Positions 1 through 12,600 of a stretch of DNA of 64,000 nucleotides are shown piece by piece. The notes beneath the pieces are model-generated. The model was not told where the DNA came from and did no database searches. It worked only from the letters and a program-made list of their open reading frames with translations. The position numbers and the translations under genes were made by a program. The stretch's first letter is position 1, and every line of letters begins with the position of its first letter. This DNA is from Macrostomum lignano (Eukaryota), in assembly GCA_002269645.1 (NCBI GenBank), contig NIVC01000202.1:620001-684000 (forward strand), read 5' to 3'.

Positions 1-655
1 GTAGAGAGTGACTAGAACTGAGACTAGATAGAATAGAGAGTGACTAAAATGAGACCAGATAGAGTAGAGAGTGACTAGAACTGAGACTAGATAGAATAGA
101 GAGTGACTAAAATGAGACTAGATAGAGTAGAGACTGACTAGAACTGAGACTAGATAGAGTAGAGTGACTAGAACTGAGACTAGATAGAGTGACTAAAATG
201 AGACCAGATAGAGTAGAGAGTGACTAGAACTGAGACTAGATAGAGTAGAGAGTGACTAGAACTGAGACTAGATAGAATAGAGAGTGACTAAAATGAGACT
301 AGATAGAGTAGAGAGTGACTAAAATGAGACCAGATAGAGTAGAGAGTGACTAAATGACACTAGATAGAGTAGAGTGATGAGTAGAGTGGTGATTGAGACT
401 AACTGAGACCAGATAGAGTAGAGAGTGACTAGAACTGAGACCAGATAGAGTAGAGAGTGACTAAAATGAGACCAGATAGAGTAGAGAGTGACTAGAACTG
501 AGACTAGATAGAATAGAGAGTGACTAAAATGAGACTAGATAGAGTAGAGAGTGACTAAAATGAGACCAGATAGAGTAGAGACTGACTAAATGACACTAGA
601 TTGAGTAGAGTGATTGAGTAGAATGATGATTGAGACTAATTGAGGCTAGATAGAG
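1..655. repeat. Intronic minisatellite, ~31-32 bp (GACTAGAACTGAGACTAGATAGAGTAGAGAGT)
   Basis: Direct tandem units; ClC intron. Confidence 0.95.
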
Positions 656-771
656 TAAAGAGAGGTCAGCTGTGAGAGGCCAGTTGCTAAACAAATCAGT
701 AGACAGGTGAAAGTGGTAGGTAGGCAGACAGCTGATGCTGCTAATAGCCCGGCCGGTCTCACCGCCTGCAG

Positions 772-3700
772 GTTCCGTCCGGCCTGTTCATCCCGTCCCT
801 AGCTGTTGGCGCCATAGCCGGTCGCGTCCTTGGCAACCTGCTAGAACAGGTGGCCGTCTCCAACATGGAGGCCTTCCCGTTCCGCCTGTTCTGCCGAGTC
901 GGCCAGCCGTGCATCAACAGCGGCCTGTACGCCATGATCGGGGCTGCCGCGGCTCTGGGCGGAGTGACCAGAATGACTCTGTCTCTGGTAGCCATCATGC
1001 TTGAACTAACGGGCGGCCTGCAGTACATTGTGCCACTAATGATAGCGGCTGTCACATCCAAATGCGTTGGCGAAGCCATCACTAAGCACGGTATCTATGA
1101 GGAGCACGTCCGGTTGAACGGCTATCCGTTCCTAGATAATAAGGACGAGTTCACGCATACCACTATAGCCGCAGACATTATGCGGCCCAGGCCTGGCGAA
1201 CCGGCGCTTAAATTACTTTATCAAGACTCTATGACTGTGGAAGCTGTGGAACGTCTGCTAACTAACTCCGATGTTAACGGCTTTCCTATTGTTGTTTCCG
1301 AGCATTCGCACTATTTGGTTGGCTTTGTTACTAAGCAGGAATTGGCTTTGGCAATTGGTGAGAAATTCTCTCTTCGTATTGATTATAATAGGCATGAATC
1401 CCATTGATCACAATGGCATATTGTGTCTATGGTTGTGGAGTCAACCAATGGCAGATTGTGTCTATGGTTGTGGAGTCAGCCAATGGCAGATTGTGTCTAT
1501 GGTTGTGGAGTCAGACAATGGCAGATTGTGTCTATGGTTGTGGAGTCAGACAATGGCAGATTGTGTCTATGGCTGGGGAGTCAGCCAATGGCAGATTGTG
1601 TCTATGGTTGTGGAGTCAGACAATGGCAGATTGTGTCTATGGTTGTGTAGTCAAACAATGGCATATTGTGTCTATGGTTGTGGAGTCAAACAATGGCATA
1701 TTGTGTCTATGGTTGGGGAGTCAGACAATTGCAGATTGTGTCTATGGTTGGGGGGTCAGCCAATGGCAGATTGTGTCTATGGTTGTGGAGTCAAACAATG
1801 GCATATTGTGTCTATGGTTGGGGAGTCAGTCAATGGCAGATTGTGTCTATGGTTGTGGAGTCAGACAATTGCAGATTGTGTCTATGGTTGGGGAGTCAGC
1901 CAATGGCAGATTGTGTCTATGGTTGTGGAGTCAGCCAATGGCAGATTGTGTCTATGGTTGTGGAGTCAGACAATTGCAGATTGTGTCTATGGTTGGGGGG
2001 TCAGCCAATGGCAGATTGTGTCTATGGTTGTGGAGTCAGCCAATGGCAGATTGTGTCTATGGTTGTGGAGTCAGCCAATGGCAGATTGTGTCTATGGTTG
2101 GGGAGTCAGCCAATGGCAGATTGTGTCTATGGTTGTGGAGTCAGCCAATGGCAGATTGTGTCTATGGTTGTGGAGTCAGACAATGGCAGATTGTGTCTAT
2201 GGTTGTGGAGTCAGCCAATGGCAGATTGTGTCTATGGTTGTGGAGTCAGACAATTGCAGATTGTGTCTATGGTTGGGGGGTCAGCCAATGGCAGATTGTG
2301 TCTATGGTTGTGGAGTCAGACAATGGCAGATTGTGTCTATGGCTGGGGAGTCAGACAATGGCAGATTGTGTCTATGGTTGTGGAGTCAGCCAATGGCAGA
2401 TTGTGTCTATGGTTGTGGAGTTAGACCCCACACAGTTACCATGTTCATATATTTCTACTGCAAGTAGTCCAATTTGCGCAAATTTATTCAAGAGTACTCG
2501 CGCAAGCACGAGGACGGCATAGTAAGCGAGTCGCTGGTGTACTTCACCGAACGTCTGACCCACGGCGGCGACGCCAGACGGTCGGACCAGCCGCCTGAGC
2601 TCAAGCTGAGACGGGTTGTTGACTTGGTATGTACTGCAATTTGCCGCACAAACATAACGTTAAAGTACAGGAGTTCACAACTAGATTTTTCACAAACTAG
2701 CCGCTTCGAAAACAAGACATTTCACAAACTAGACACTTCACAAACTAGACACTTCACAAACTAGACATTTCACAAACTAGTCACTTCACAAACTAGACAT
2801 TTCACAAACTAGACATTTCACAAACTAAACATTTCACAAACTAGTCACTTCACAGACTAGATATTTCACAAACTAGACATTTCACAAACTAGACATTTCA
2901 CTAACTAGTCACTTCACAAACTAGACATTTCACAAACTAGACATTTCACAAACTAGACATTTCACAAACTAGACATTTCACAAACTAGACATTTCACAAA
3001 CTATACATTTCACAAACTATACATTTCACAAACTAGACATTTCACTAACTAGTCACTTCACAAACTAGACATTTCACAAACTAGCCACTTCACAAACTAG
3101 ACATTTCACAAACTAGACATTTCACAAACAAGTCACTTCACAAACTAGATATTTCACAAACTAGACATTTCACAAACTAGACATTTCACTAACTAGTCAC
3201 TTCACAAACTAGACATTTCACAAACTAGACATTTCACAAACTAGACATTTCACAAACTAGACATTTCACAAACTAGACATTTCATAAACTATACATTTCA
3301 CAAACTAGACATTTCACTAACTAGTCACTTCACAAACTAGACATTTCACAAACTAGCCACTTCACAAACTATACATTTCACAAACTAGACAATTCACAAA
3401 CTAGACACTTAACAAACTAGACAATTCACAAACTAGACACTTAACAAACTAGTCACTTCACAAACTAGCCACTTCACAAACTATACATTTCACAAACTAG
3501 ACAATTCACAAACTAGACACTTAACAAACTAGACACTTCACAAACTAGTCACTTCACAAACTAGTCACTTCACAAACTAGACAATTTACAAACTAGACAA
3601 TTCACAAACTAGTCACTTCACAAACTAGACACTTAACAAACTAGTCACTTCACAAACTAGCCACTTCACAAACTATACATTTCACAAACTAGACAATTCA

Positions 3701-5224
3701 CAAACTAGACACTTAACAAACTAGACACTTCACAAACTAGTCACTTCACAAACTAGTCACTTCACAAACTAGACAATTCACAAACTAGTCACTTCACAAA
3801 CTAGACACTTAACAAACTAGACACTTCACAAACTAGTCACTTCACAAACTAGACAATTCACAAACTAGTCACTTCACAAACTAGACACTTCACAAACTAG
3901 ACATTTCACAAACTAGTCACTTCACAAACTAGACATTTCACAAACTAGACATTTCACAAACTAGACACTTCACAAACTAGACATTTCACAAACTAGACAT
4001 TTCACAAACTAGACATTTCACAAACTAGACATTTCACAGACTAGACATTTCACAAACTATACATTTCACAAACTAGACATTTCACTAACTAGTCACTTCA
4101 CAAACTAGACTTCACAAACTAGCCACTTCACAAACTAGACATTTCACAAACTAGACATTTCACAAACAAGTCACTTCACAAACTAGATATTTCACAAACT
4201 AGACATTTCACAAACTAGACATTTCACAAACTAGACATTTCACTAACTAGTCACTTCACAAACTAGACATTTCACAAACTAGACATTTCACAAACTAGAC
4301 ATTTCACAAACTAGACATTTCACAAACTAGACATTTCACAAACTATACATTTCACAAACTAGACATTTCACTAACTAGTCACTTCACAAACTAGACATTT
4401 CACAAACTAGCCACTTCACAAACTAGACATTTCACAAACTAGACAATTCACAAACTAGACACTTAACAAACTAGTCACTTCACAAACTAGACAATTCACA
4501 AACTAGACACTTCACAAACTAGTCACTTCACAAACTAGTCACTTCACAAACTAGACAATTTACAAACTAGACAATTCACAAACTAGTCACTTCACAAACT
4601 AGACACTTAACAAACTAGTCACTTCACAAACTAGCCACTTCACAAACTATACATTTCACAAACTAGACAATTCACAAACTAGACACTTAACAAACTAGAC
4701 ACTTCACAAACTAGTCACTTCACAAACTAGTCACTTCACAAACTAGACAATTTACAAACTAGACAATTCACAAACTAGACACTTCACAAACTAGTCACTT
4801 CACAAACTAGACATTTCACAAACTAGACACTTCACAAACTAGTCACTTCACAAACTAGACAATTCACAAACTAGACAATTCACAAAATAGACATTTCACA
4901 AACTAGTCACTTCACAAACGAGATATTTCACAAACTAGCCTCTTCACAAACTAGCCTCTTCACAAACTAGCCACTTCACAAACTTGAGTGTTAACTGACT
5001 TAATAAAAGTGAATAATTTCAATGCAAACCGCTTCCAGTCGCCAATCACAGTGACAGACCAGACTCCAATGGAAGTTGTCCTGGAGATGTTTCGAAAGCT
5101 GGGCCTCAGACAGACTCTGGTGACGCACAATGGCCGTCTATTGGGTATTATCACGCGAAAAGATGTGCTGCGGCATATTGAATATCTGCACAATATTGAT
5201 CCGCACAATTTACTCTTTAACTGA
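772..5224 (+). CDS. CLCN3: ClC-3/4/5-type chloride/proton exchanger, 3' part (last TM helices + two CBS domains); gene starts before the window
   Basis: Exons 772-1357, 2493-2626, 5039-5224 join in frame at AG/GT sites (906 nt). Motifs [49 protein letters not shown] and [39 protein letters not shown] are typical of the ClC-3/4/5 subfamily. Orthology within the subfamily is not resolvable. Confidence 0.93.
1408..2422. repeat. Intronic minisatellite, 35 bp (CAATGGCAGATTGTGTCTATGGTTGTGGAGTCAGC)
   Basis: Tandem units, e.g. at 1446 and 1481. Confidence 0.97.
2685..4985. repeat. Intronic minisatellite, 16 bp (ACATTTCACAAACTAG) with higher-order duplications
   Basis: Tandem units; the rare variant AAACAAGTCAC recurs at ~3126 and ~4165. 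Confidence 0.97.
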
Positions 5225-6378
5225 TCTATATTGTCGCGCTTTTCTTCTTATTGAGTAAGCGCTCCTGCTTTCAATTGAAAATTTGCTTCTTCTTATGTAA
5301 TGTTTTGTGTTAGAGTTTTATTTTTTCTTGTTGTACTATTATACTACTGAATTGCTGTAACAAATGGCTTATATGGTAGTAGTATATAAGGAATATATTT
5401 AACCGTATAAATTTATTGTTGTTTTTTCTTGCGAACCGTATTATTCCAAGGAGTCGTTAACGCTATTTTGTCTTCTTGTATTGTGTCATTCGATGTTTGC
5501 TATTGTGGTGCAGTGCGCACGTTTCTTGGAAATGCATTACCGACATATGGCCGATTGATTTCTTATAAAATTAACATGAGTTTTTGTTCAATATAAGCTA
5601 GCTATAAGCATTGACAGGCCTTCAAAAAAATTCCAAGAAACAAACGACTTGTATACGCGTAATTTTCTAAAATAATTTTATCCGTTTGTTTTTGTTTTTG
5701 GAAGTGGCCAAACTACTTAATACAAAACATTCTGTAGTAATTGTAGTAGCTATATTGTATTAGTAATATTACTACTGCGCGCTAGGGACCAAAGATAAAG
5801 ATATAGGCATAAAGATAGAGAATTAATACGGTTGTAAACTATTTGCTGTGTAATGGCGTTTAACTTTGCGTTTTTGTCTGTGTTTTCTGCAAATACATGT
5901 TTTTGAGAGTTGGCCTACTTACATAAGTAGTATGTTGAAACAGTAAAATTAAGATATTTAGCATTTTACAAGTCAAATCTAAGAAAGTCTGTTCTTGATT
6001 AATTTCTAAGAAAACGTGGTTTAATTCTCAATGTACTTAACTAGTGTGGAGCTTACTGATATGATAGATTATGCATTCTGATGATTCCATATTATATATT
6101 AATTTGTTTATGCGCTATCAGTGTGAAGTATTGATTTTTGTTTGCGAGATTTTTTCGACTGGGAAAATAGACAGATTTCAATACTCAAGTGTCCATTTTA
6201 ACAATAACAATGTTGCTGTTCTGAACTTTTAGCTTTCGCTTTTTAATTCTCTGCATTTGCTTCCTTTGTTATACTGGTGGGTTACGAGTTAAGCAGAGTT
6301 GGCCGCGGTTAGTATGAAGATACTAAATAGACTCTAGCTTTAGTTTAACGCCATGCTGTGATTGTACAGAATGTACAG

Positions 6379-6384
6379 AATAAA
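6379..6384 (+). promoter_or_regulatory. Likely polyadenylation signal of the ClC gene
   Basis: The only AATAAA I found between the ClC stop (5224) and the CABIN1 acceptor (6650). Confidence 0.5.
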
Positions 6385-6618
6385 AGTACAAGCTGCACCC
6401 GGTTTAAGAGGGGAGTGATTTTTTCGGCCATAAGACCTAAATGTCACAAAGCATAAAACTTCTTAAGACCTAAATTTCATAAGATCTTAATTTCATCAGA
6501 CCTAAATTTCATAGCGCCTAAACTTCTCAAGACCTAATAGACCTAAATCTTTTCGGCGATGCAAACTTTCGGGCTTGTGATGACTGCGCCCTGTTTAAGA
6601 GAGCCTAGTAGCGGTAGT

Positions 6619-6650
6619 AACTAAGGAACCTCCCTGTTGCACGCCTTCAG
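6619..6650 (+). promoter_or_regulatory. 3' splice acceptor (candidate trans-splice site) directly before CABIN1 codon 2
   Basis: Branch-like aactaa (6619-6624), pyrimidine-rich tccctgttgcacgccttCAG, then CTC CGA ATA GCC GCT TTG AAC GCG = LRIAALNA. In-frame TAA at 6618-6620 and no ATG before it. Confidence 0.75.
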
Positions 6651-9600
6651 CTCCGAATAGCCGCTTTGAACGCGGCGCCGCCGCAGGCGCCCACAAGCTC
6701 GGCGTCATCGGCATCTGGAGCTGTGCAGGCCAAGCAGCACCATCAGCATAGCAACAAGCAGCAGCACAGGCACCAGTCAAACCATGCCTCATCGTCGGCT
6801 AATTCCTCCGCTATGGATGAATCTGCTGTCGCGTCGGGCACTCGCGAAACCGAGGAGGCGCTTGTGACGCGCAGTTTTCAGCGCGCGCTTGCGCGTCTAG
6901 CGCAAATTGGCGCCGGCTCCGGCAGCGACAGCGGCGGCCCCGCAGTTGAAGAGGCCATGCGCTCTCTCGAGGCCATCACTGCTAGCCGGATCTTCCTTGA
7001 CGGTCCCGCGGCTGCTCACCTATCCGAGCACCTGCGCCAGATCCTCGCCAGCTGCCACCGTCAGCTCGGTCAGCATCACTGCTGGGCTAGGCGGTTCGAC
7101 CTCGCCGTGCGCCATCTTTCAGCCGCTGTCGAGGCCGATCCGCGCGACATCGCGGCCGCCTTTCACCTGGCCTGGTCGGCCTACCTCAGCTGCGACCTGC
7201 GCTTGGCCGCCTCCGCATTGCGCGCCTGTTTGAAATTAAATCCCGACCATCTGCCGGCTCTGGATCTCAGCCTGTCTGTTGCTTATTGTATGGGCGAGCC
7301 AGAGACTTGGCTAGCCGCCTGCGGTCGGCTGCTGGACCGCCTTCCGAGCCACCGTCGGGCGGCCTTCTGCGTTGCCGAGTATCTGCGCTGCGCACCGTCA
7401 GCTTCAAACTGCCTGCCAGCGGGCTCCGCCCTGGCCAAGCTGGCTGCAGCGATTCAGTTGAAAACTGTAGATGAGAGCGAGTGGGAGGCTGATAGGAAAG
7501 AGTTGATGGCTGTGCGAGCGGAGCATCAGGTGAATGTTTCATCTGTTTATTGGTTCGTCTGTAAGCGTCCAGCTACAGACTCATTAGGCTCCAGCTAGAG
7601 ACTCATTAAGCTAATGCTACAGACTCATTAAGCTAATGCTACAGACTCATTAAGCTAATGCTACAGACTCATTAAGCTAATGCTACAGACTCATTAAGCT
7701 AATGCTACAGACTCATTAAGCTAATGCTACAGACTCATTAAGCTAATGCTACAGACTCATTAAGCTAATGCTACAGACTCATTAAGCTAATGCTACAGAC
7801 TCATTAAGCTAATGCTACAGACTCATTAAGCTAATGCTACAGACTCATTAAGCTAATGCTACAGACTCATTAAGCTAATGCTACAGACTCATTAAGCTAA
7901 TGCTACAGACTCATTAAGCTAATGCTACAGACTCATTAAGCTAATGCTACAGACTCATTAAGCTAATGCTACAGACTCATTAAGCTAATGCTACACTCCC
8001 AAAACCGATACTGCAGGCGCGAACAAATCCACAGTCTGCCGAAGCAGCCGCCGCGAAGCCGTCAGTGCCGGAACTCGTGCCAGTTAGCCCGACGGAAGCC
8101 TCCAATTGGACTGCAATGGCGGCTCTGCTCGAGCAACTGTGCGTGACTTCAACAGTTGACGATGCAGACAGCTGGGGCAGCTGCCGAGCCTACAGGCTGA
8201 TCCGCCTGGTGCCCGCAGCGCTGGTTTCGGAGTCCGATGATCAGCTGCCTGCTGTCCAGGATGATGAAGCTTCTGAGCCTTCTCCGCCGCCTCCGCTGGC
8301 TACTCCCGCATCGTCCGCTGAGCTGACCTCGATAGCAAAGTCTTCAACGGCCAGTCTGGGCCAGGCCTTCCCGGCTGAGCTGCTGTGCAGTCGCCGGTCC
8401 AACCGCTTGGCTGCCGCCTCCGCCAATTCCGCTTCCGCTTCCGCTAGCGGCGGCGGCGACTCGACCGCTGAGGACTCCGACGACGATGACGACGAACTGG
8501 CAGCTGCCGCTGGCTCGTCTGACGCCGCCTCGGCTGCCGCGGCGGTTGCCGATCGACTTCAGCGACTGCTGGACGCCTCCGGCCGCTGCTGCTTGCCCAG
8601 CTGCGTTCGCCGACTGTCGGGCGTTTACTTTGCTAGACGCTACTGCGCCGGCCGCAGCGGCGGCAGCTCCGACGATGACAACGACAATGACGGCGATTGT
8701 GAAGCTGATGCCGCCGCTTCCGCTGCATTGGCGGCTGTCCAGCTGTTGAGCCCGTTCCGGCTGGACGAGCTCCTTTCTCGACTGTCCGAGTCTGCCGAGC
8801 TGTACACCCCCGCCGACGCCGCCGCCGTGTTCTGCGGCCTCCTCGCCGAACAGTTCGAACTCCGCTGGCCCGCTGAATTGCTTGCAGCTTTCCTCCGCCT
8901 AAGCGGGCCGCGCCTCGGCATTCTGGCCGACAATCCGAACGTGTCCGTCAGCGGGTTGCACTGCCTGCCAGCCGAGTCGCTCTGTCTGGTGGCCCTGGCT
9001 CACCTGGAGCTCCGATTGGACCGTCGCCGCGTCAAGGATGCCGCCAATTGGGTGAGCACTGATCTCAGCTGGCCAAATTTGGAGTCTCTGGCGCACTCGA
9101 TCGCCTGCCTGCTGTTGCGCCTGGCGTCGCCGCCGGCTCGTCTGCTGCTGCGCCTGGCCTGGGCCCGGCTGCGGCTCTCCGCCGCGTGTCGGCGCGGACT
9201 GGACGATCAGGCGGCGTTCGGCTACCTGGCGGCCGGCCTGGACTCGCCGCTGGTCTCGCCCAACTCGCCCGACTGGCCAGTTGTCAACTTGGCGGCTCTC
9301 CGTCGGCTGCGTCGGGCAGCCAAATCTGGTCGCGAGTTCGCGCTGGCCTCCGCTGCCGCTCGGTCGGGCAACTCGGCCGCCGTGGTGGCCGCTCTTCGAC
9401 CGGCTTTGTACGCTCGCGAGCGCTGCAGCGATGCGGCTTCAACTGCTGAAATCAGTGCTGAACGGGCCAGGTGTGACATCTTAGTTAATTAGCTATCTTA
9501 TCCTGTCCCTGTAACACCTGAACAGTCTTGCCCGTAATAAAACCCTTTGAAAAATCCCTAAATATTAAGCTGTAACACCCCCAAAATCACTCCTGTATGC

Positions 9601-12600
9601 CCCCTCCCCCAAAATCATCCTTGTAACACCCAAAATCATCTCTGTAACCCTCAAAATCATCTCTGTAACCCTCAAAATCATCTCTGTAACCCTTAAAATC
9701 ATCTCTATAACACCCCCAAAATACTCTCTGTAACACCCGCAAAATCATCTCTGTAACCCCAAAATCATCCCTGTAACACCCCCAAAACTATCCCTGTAAC
9801 ACCTCTCAGAACTATCCCTGTAACACCTCTCAAAGCCATCCCTGTAACACCCCTCAAAACCATCCCTGTAACACCCCTCAAAGCCATCCCTGTAACACCC
9901 TCAAAGCCATCCCTGTAACACCCCTCAAAGCCATCCCTGTAACACCCCTCAAAAGCATCCCTGTAACACCCCTCAAAAGCATCCCTGTAACACCCCTCAA
10001 AGGTATCCCTGTAACACCCGATCCTTGGCAGGCAAATCTGCGAGATGTTCGTGAGCTCCTGTTACCGCCTCGGCGACCTCGCCCAGTGCTATTCGCACGG
10101 CGCCCGCCTGCTCCGGCTGCTGGCCGCAACCGACGAATCCCGCCCAGTTCGAGCATCAACCGTGGCATTCGCGTTTCGCAATCTGCTGGCCTGCCAGGAG
10201 CATCTGGGCGCCCGGCCAGCCGACTTGGCCGAGACTTGCGCTCAGCTGGCTGCGTGCGCCGATCTCATTGTCCGGTGCCTGCGCCATCGAGTGCCGCTCA
10301 CAGATGCGGAAGCTTGGATTTACCTGCACCGGCACTTTGTGTTTTTGATTGAGGAAACTGAGAAGCAGATAAATGATAAGTCCATGGATACTGTACATGT
10401 ATCTGCCCATTGCGTTATTGAAGCTGTGGCCGAGGCTGTGGAAGTTGATTCTGATGCAGCTGCTGAGAAGCCCGTGTTGGAAGCTGGAACTGGTCAAGCA
10501 GCGGATGCTGGAACTGGTCAAGCATCGGAAGCTGGAACTGGTCAAGCATCGGAAGCTGGAACTGGTCAAGCATCGGAAGCTGGAACTGGTCAAGCATCGG
10601 AAGCTGGAACTGGTCAAGCATCGGAAGCTGGAACTGGTCAAGCAGCGGAAGCTGGAACTGGTCAAGCAGCGGAAGTTGGAACTGTCAACGCATCGGAAGC
10701 TGGAACTGTCAACGCATCGGAAGCTGGAACTGTCAACGCATCAGACGCTGGATCCGATCAAATGCAGGTCCCAGGCGAAGTTGATGAAGCTAGAATACGC
10801 GCGGAGCTGCGGCAGCGTCAGTCCAATCTGCTGGAATCTGCGGGCCGCCTGCTGATTCTGGCCCACCAGCTGATGCACGAGACGTCGGCGGCAGCGGCGG
10901 CGGCGGCGCCAAGTCAGCAGCCCGCCTGCAATGCCGGCTGTCAGCGAAGCGATGGCCGGCTACTGCACTACACCGTGGCTAGTCTGGTGCCGCTGCTGCT
11001 GCGCCAACAGCCGCCACCGGACCACCCGGCCTACCTGGCCGTTGACCAGGCCTTCCACTGCCTCTACGGCCTGGGCAGGCGGGGCCGCTACTCCCGCCGC
11101 GGCCGGATCCGGGATCATCGATGCGGCGGACCGCCGGTTAGCATCGACTGGGAGACCGGGCGACACCTGATGCGCTACTATCTGCCGGACAAATTCCCCG
11201 AGTTCGATTCCACCAGGCTGGCCTCGCTGCCGGCCGATCTGGAGCGCTGCTTCGACTTGGCCGCCGCTGGCCTGCCCGACCGGCTGCGTGTTGACGCCAA
11301 CGCTGTTAACGACTTCCTATTCGGCGGAGTGGACACTTTGCCTGAGTCTAATCGGCCGTTGACGCCGGATGAACGGTTGACTGCCGATATTCACTACCTG
11401 CTGGCCGACTGCTGCCTGAAATCCAACCGCTTCCTGCCGGCTATCAAGCACTATTTGAGGGATCTGGCGCTGAGTCCCGACCGCTTCGACTCTTGGGCTG
11501 GTGAGTTGGCGGCGATTGCTCATAAACCAACCTGGGAATTGCTCATACATGTAAGTCAATCCAAGAATCGCTCGTAAACCAACCCAGGAATCGCTCATAC
11601 ATGTAAGTCAATCTAAGAATCGCTCATAAACCAACCCAGGAATCGCTCATACATGTAAGTCAATCTAAGAATCGCTCATAAACCAACCCAGGAATCGCTC
11701 ATAAGTCAATCTAAGAATCGCTCATAAGTCAACCCAGGAATCGCTAATTTAACCAAACCCAAGAATCGCTCATAAGCCAATCCAGGAATAGCTCATAAAC
11801 CAAACCCAAGAATCGCTCATAAACCAAACCCAGGAATCGCTCATAAACCAAACCCAAGAATCGCTCATAAGTCAATCTAAGAATCGCTCATAAGTCAACC
11901 CAGGAATCGCTCATAAACCAAACCCAAGAATCGCTCATAAACCAAACCCAGGAATCGCTCATAAACCAAACCCAGGAATCGCTCATTAGTCAATCTAAGA
12001 ATCGCTCATAAACCAAACCCAAGAATCGCTCATAAACCAAACCCAGGAATCGCTCATTTAACCAAACCCAAGAATCGCTCATAAGCCAATCAAGGAATCG
12101 CTCATAAACCAAACCTAGGAATCGCTCATAAACCAAACCCAGGAATCGCTCATAAAACAATTAAGAATCGCTCTTAAACCAAACCCAGGAATCGCTCATA
12201 AACCAAACTCAGGAATCGCTCATAAAAAATTAAGAATCGCTCATAAACCAAACCCAAGAATCGCTCATAAACCAAACCCAGGAATCGCTCATAAACCAAA
12301 CCCAGGAATCGCTCATAAACCAAACCCAAGAATCGCTCATAAACCAAACCCAAGAATCGTTCATAAACCAAACCCAGGAATCGCTCATAAACCAAACCCA
12401 GGAATCGCTCATAAACCAAACCCAGGAATCGCTCATAAACCAAACCCAGGAATCGCTCATAAAAAAGTAAGAATCGCTCATAAACCAAACCCAAGAATCG
12501 CTCATAAACCAAACCCAAGAATCGTTCATAAACCAAACCCAGGAATCGCTCATAAACCAAACCCAGGAATCGCTCATAAACCAAACCCAGGAATCGCTCA

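Noticed and set aside
1271-2522. Long ORFs (398 and 372 aa) over the 35-bp array
   Set aside because: The periodic peptide comes from a repeat unit without stops in some frames, and it lies inside a ClC intron whose flanking exons join in frame.
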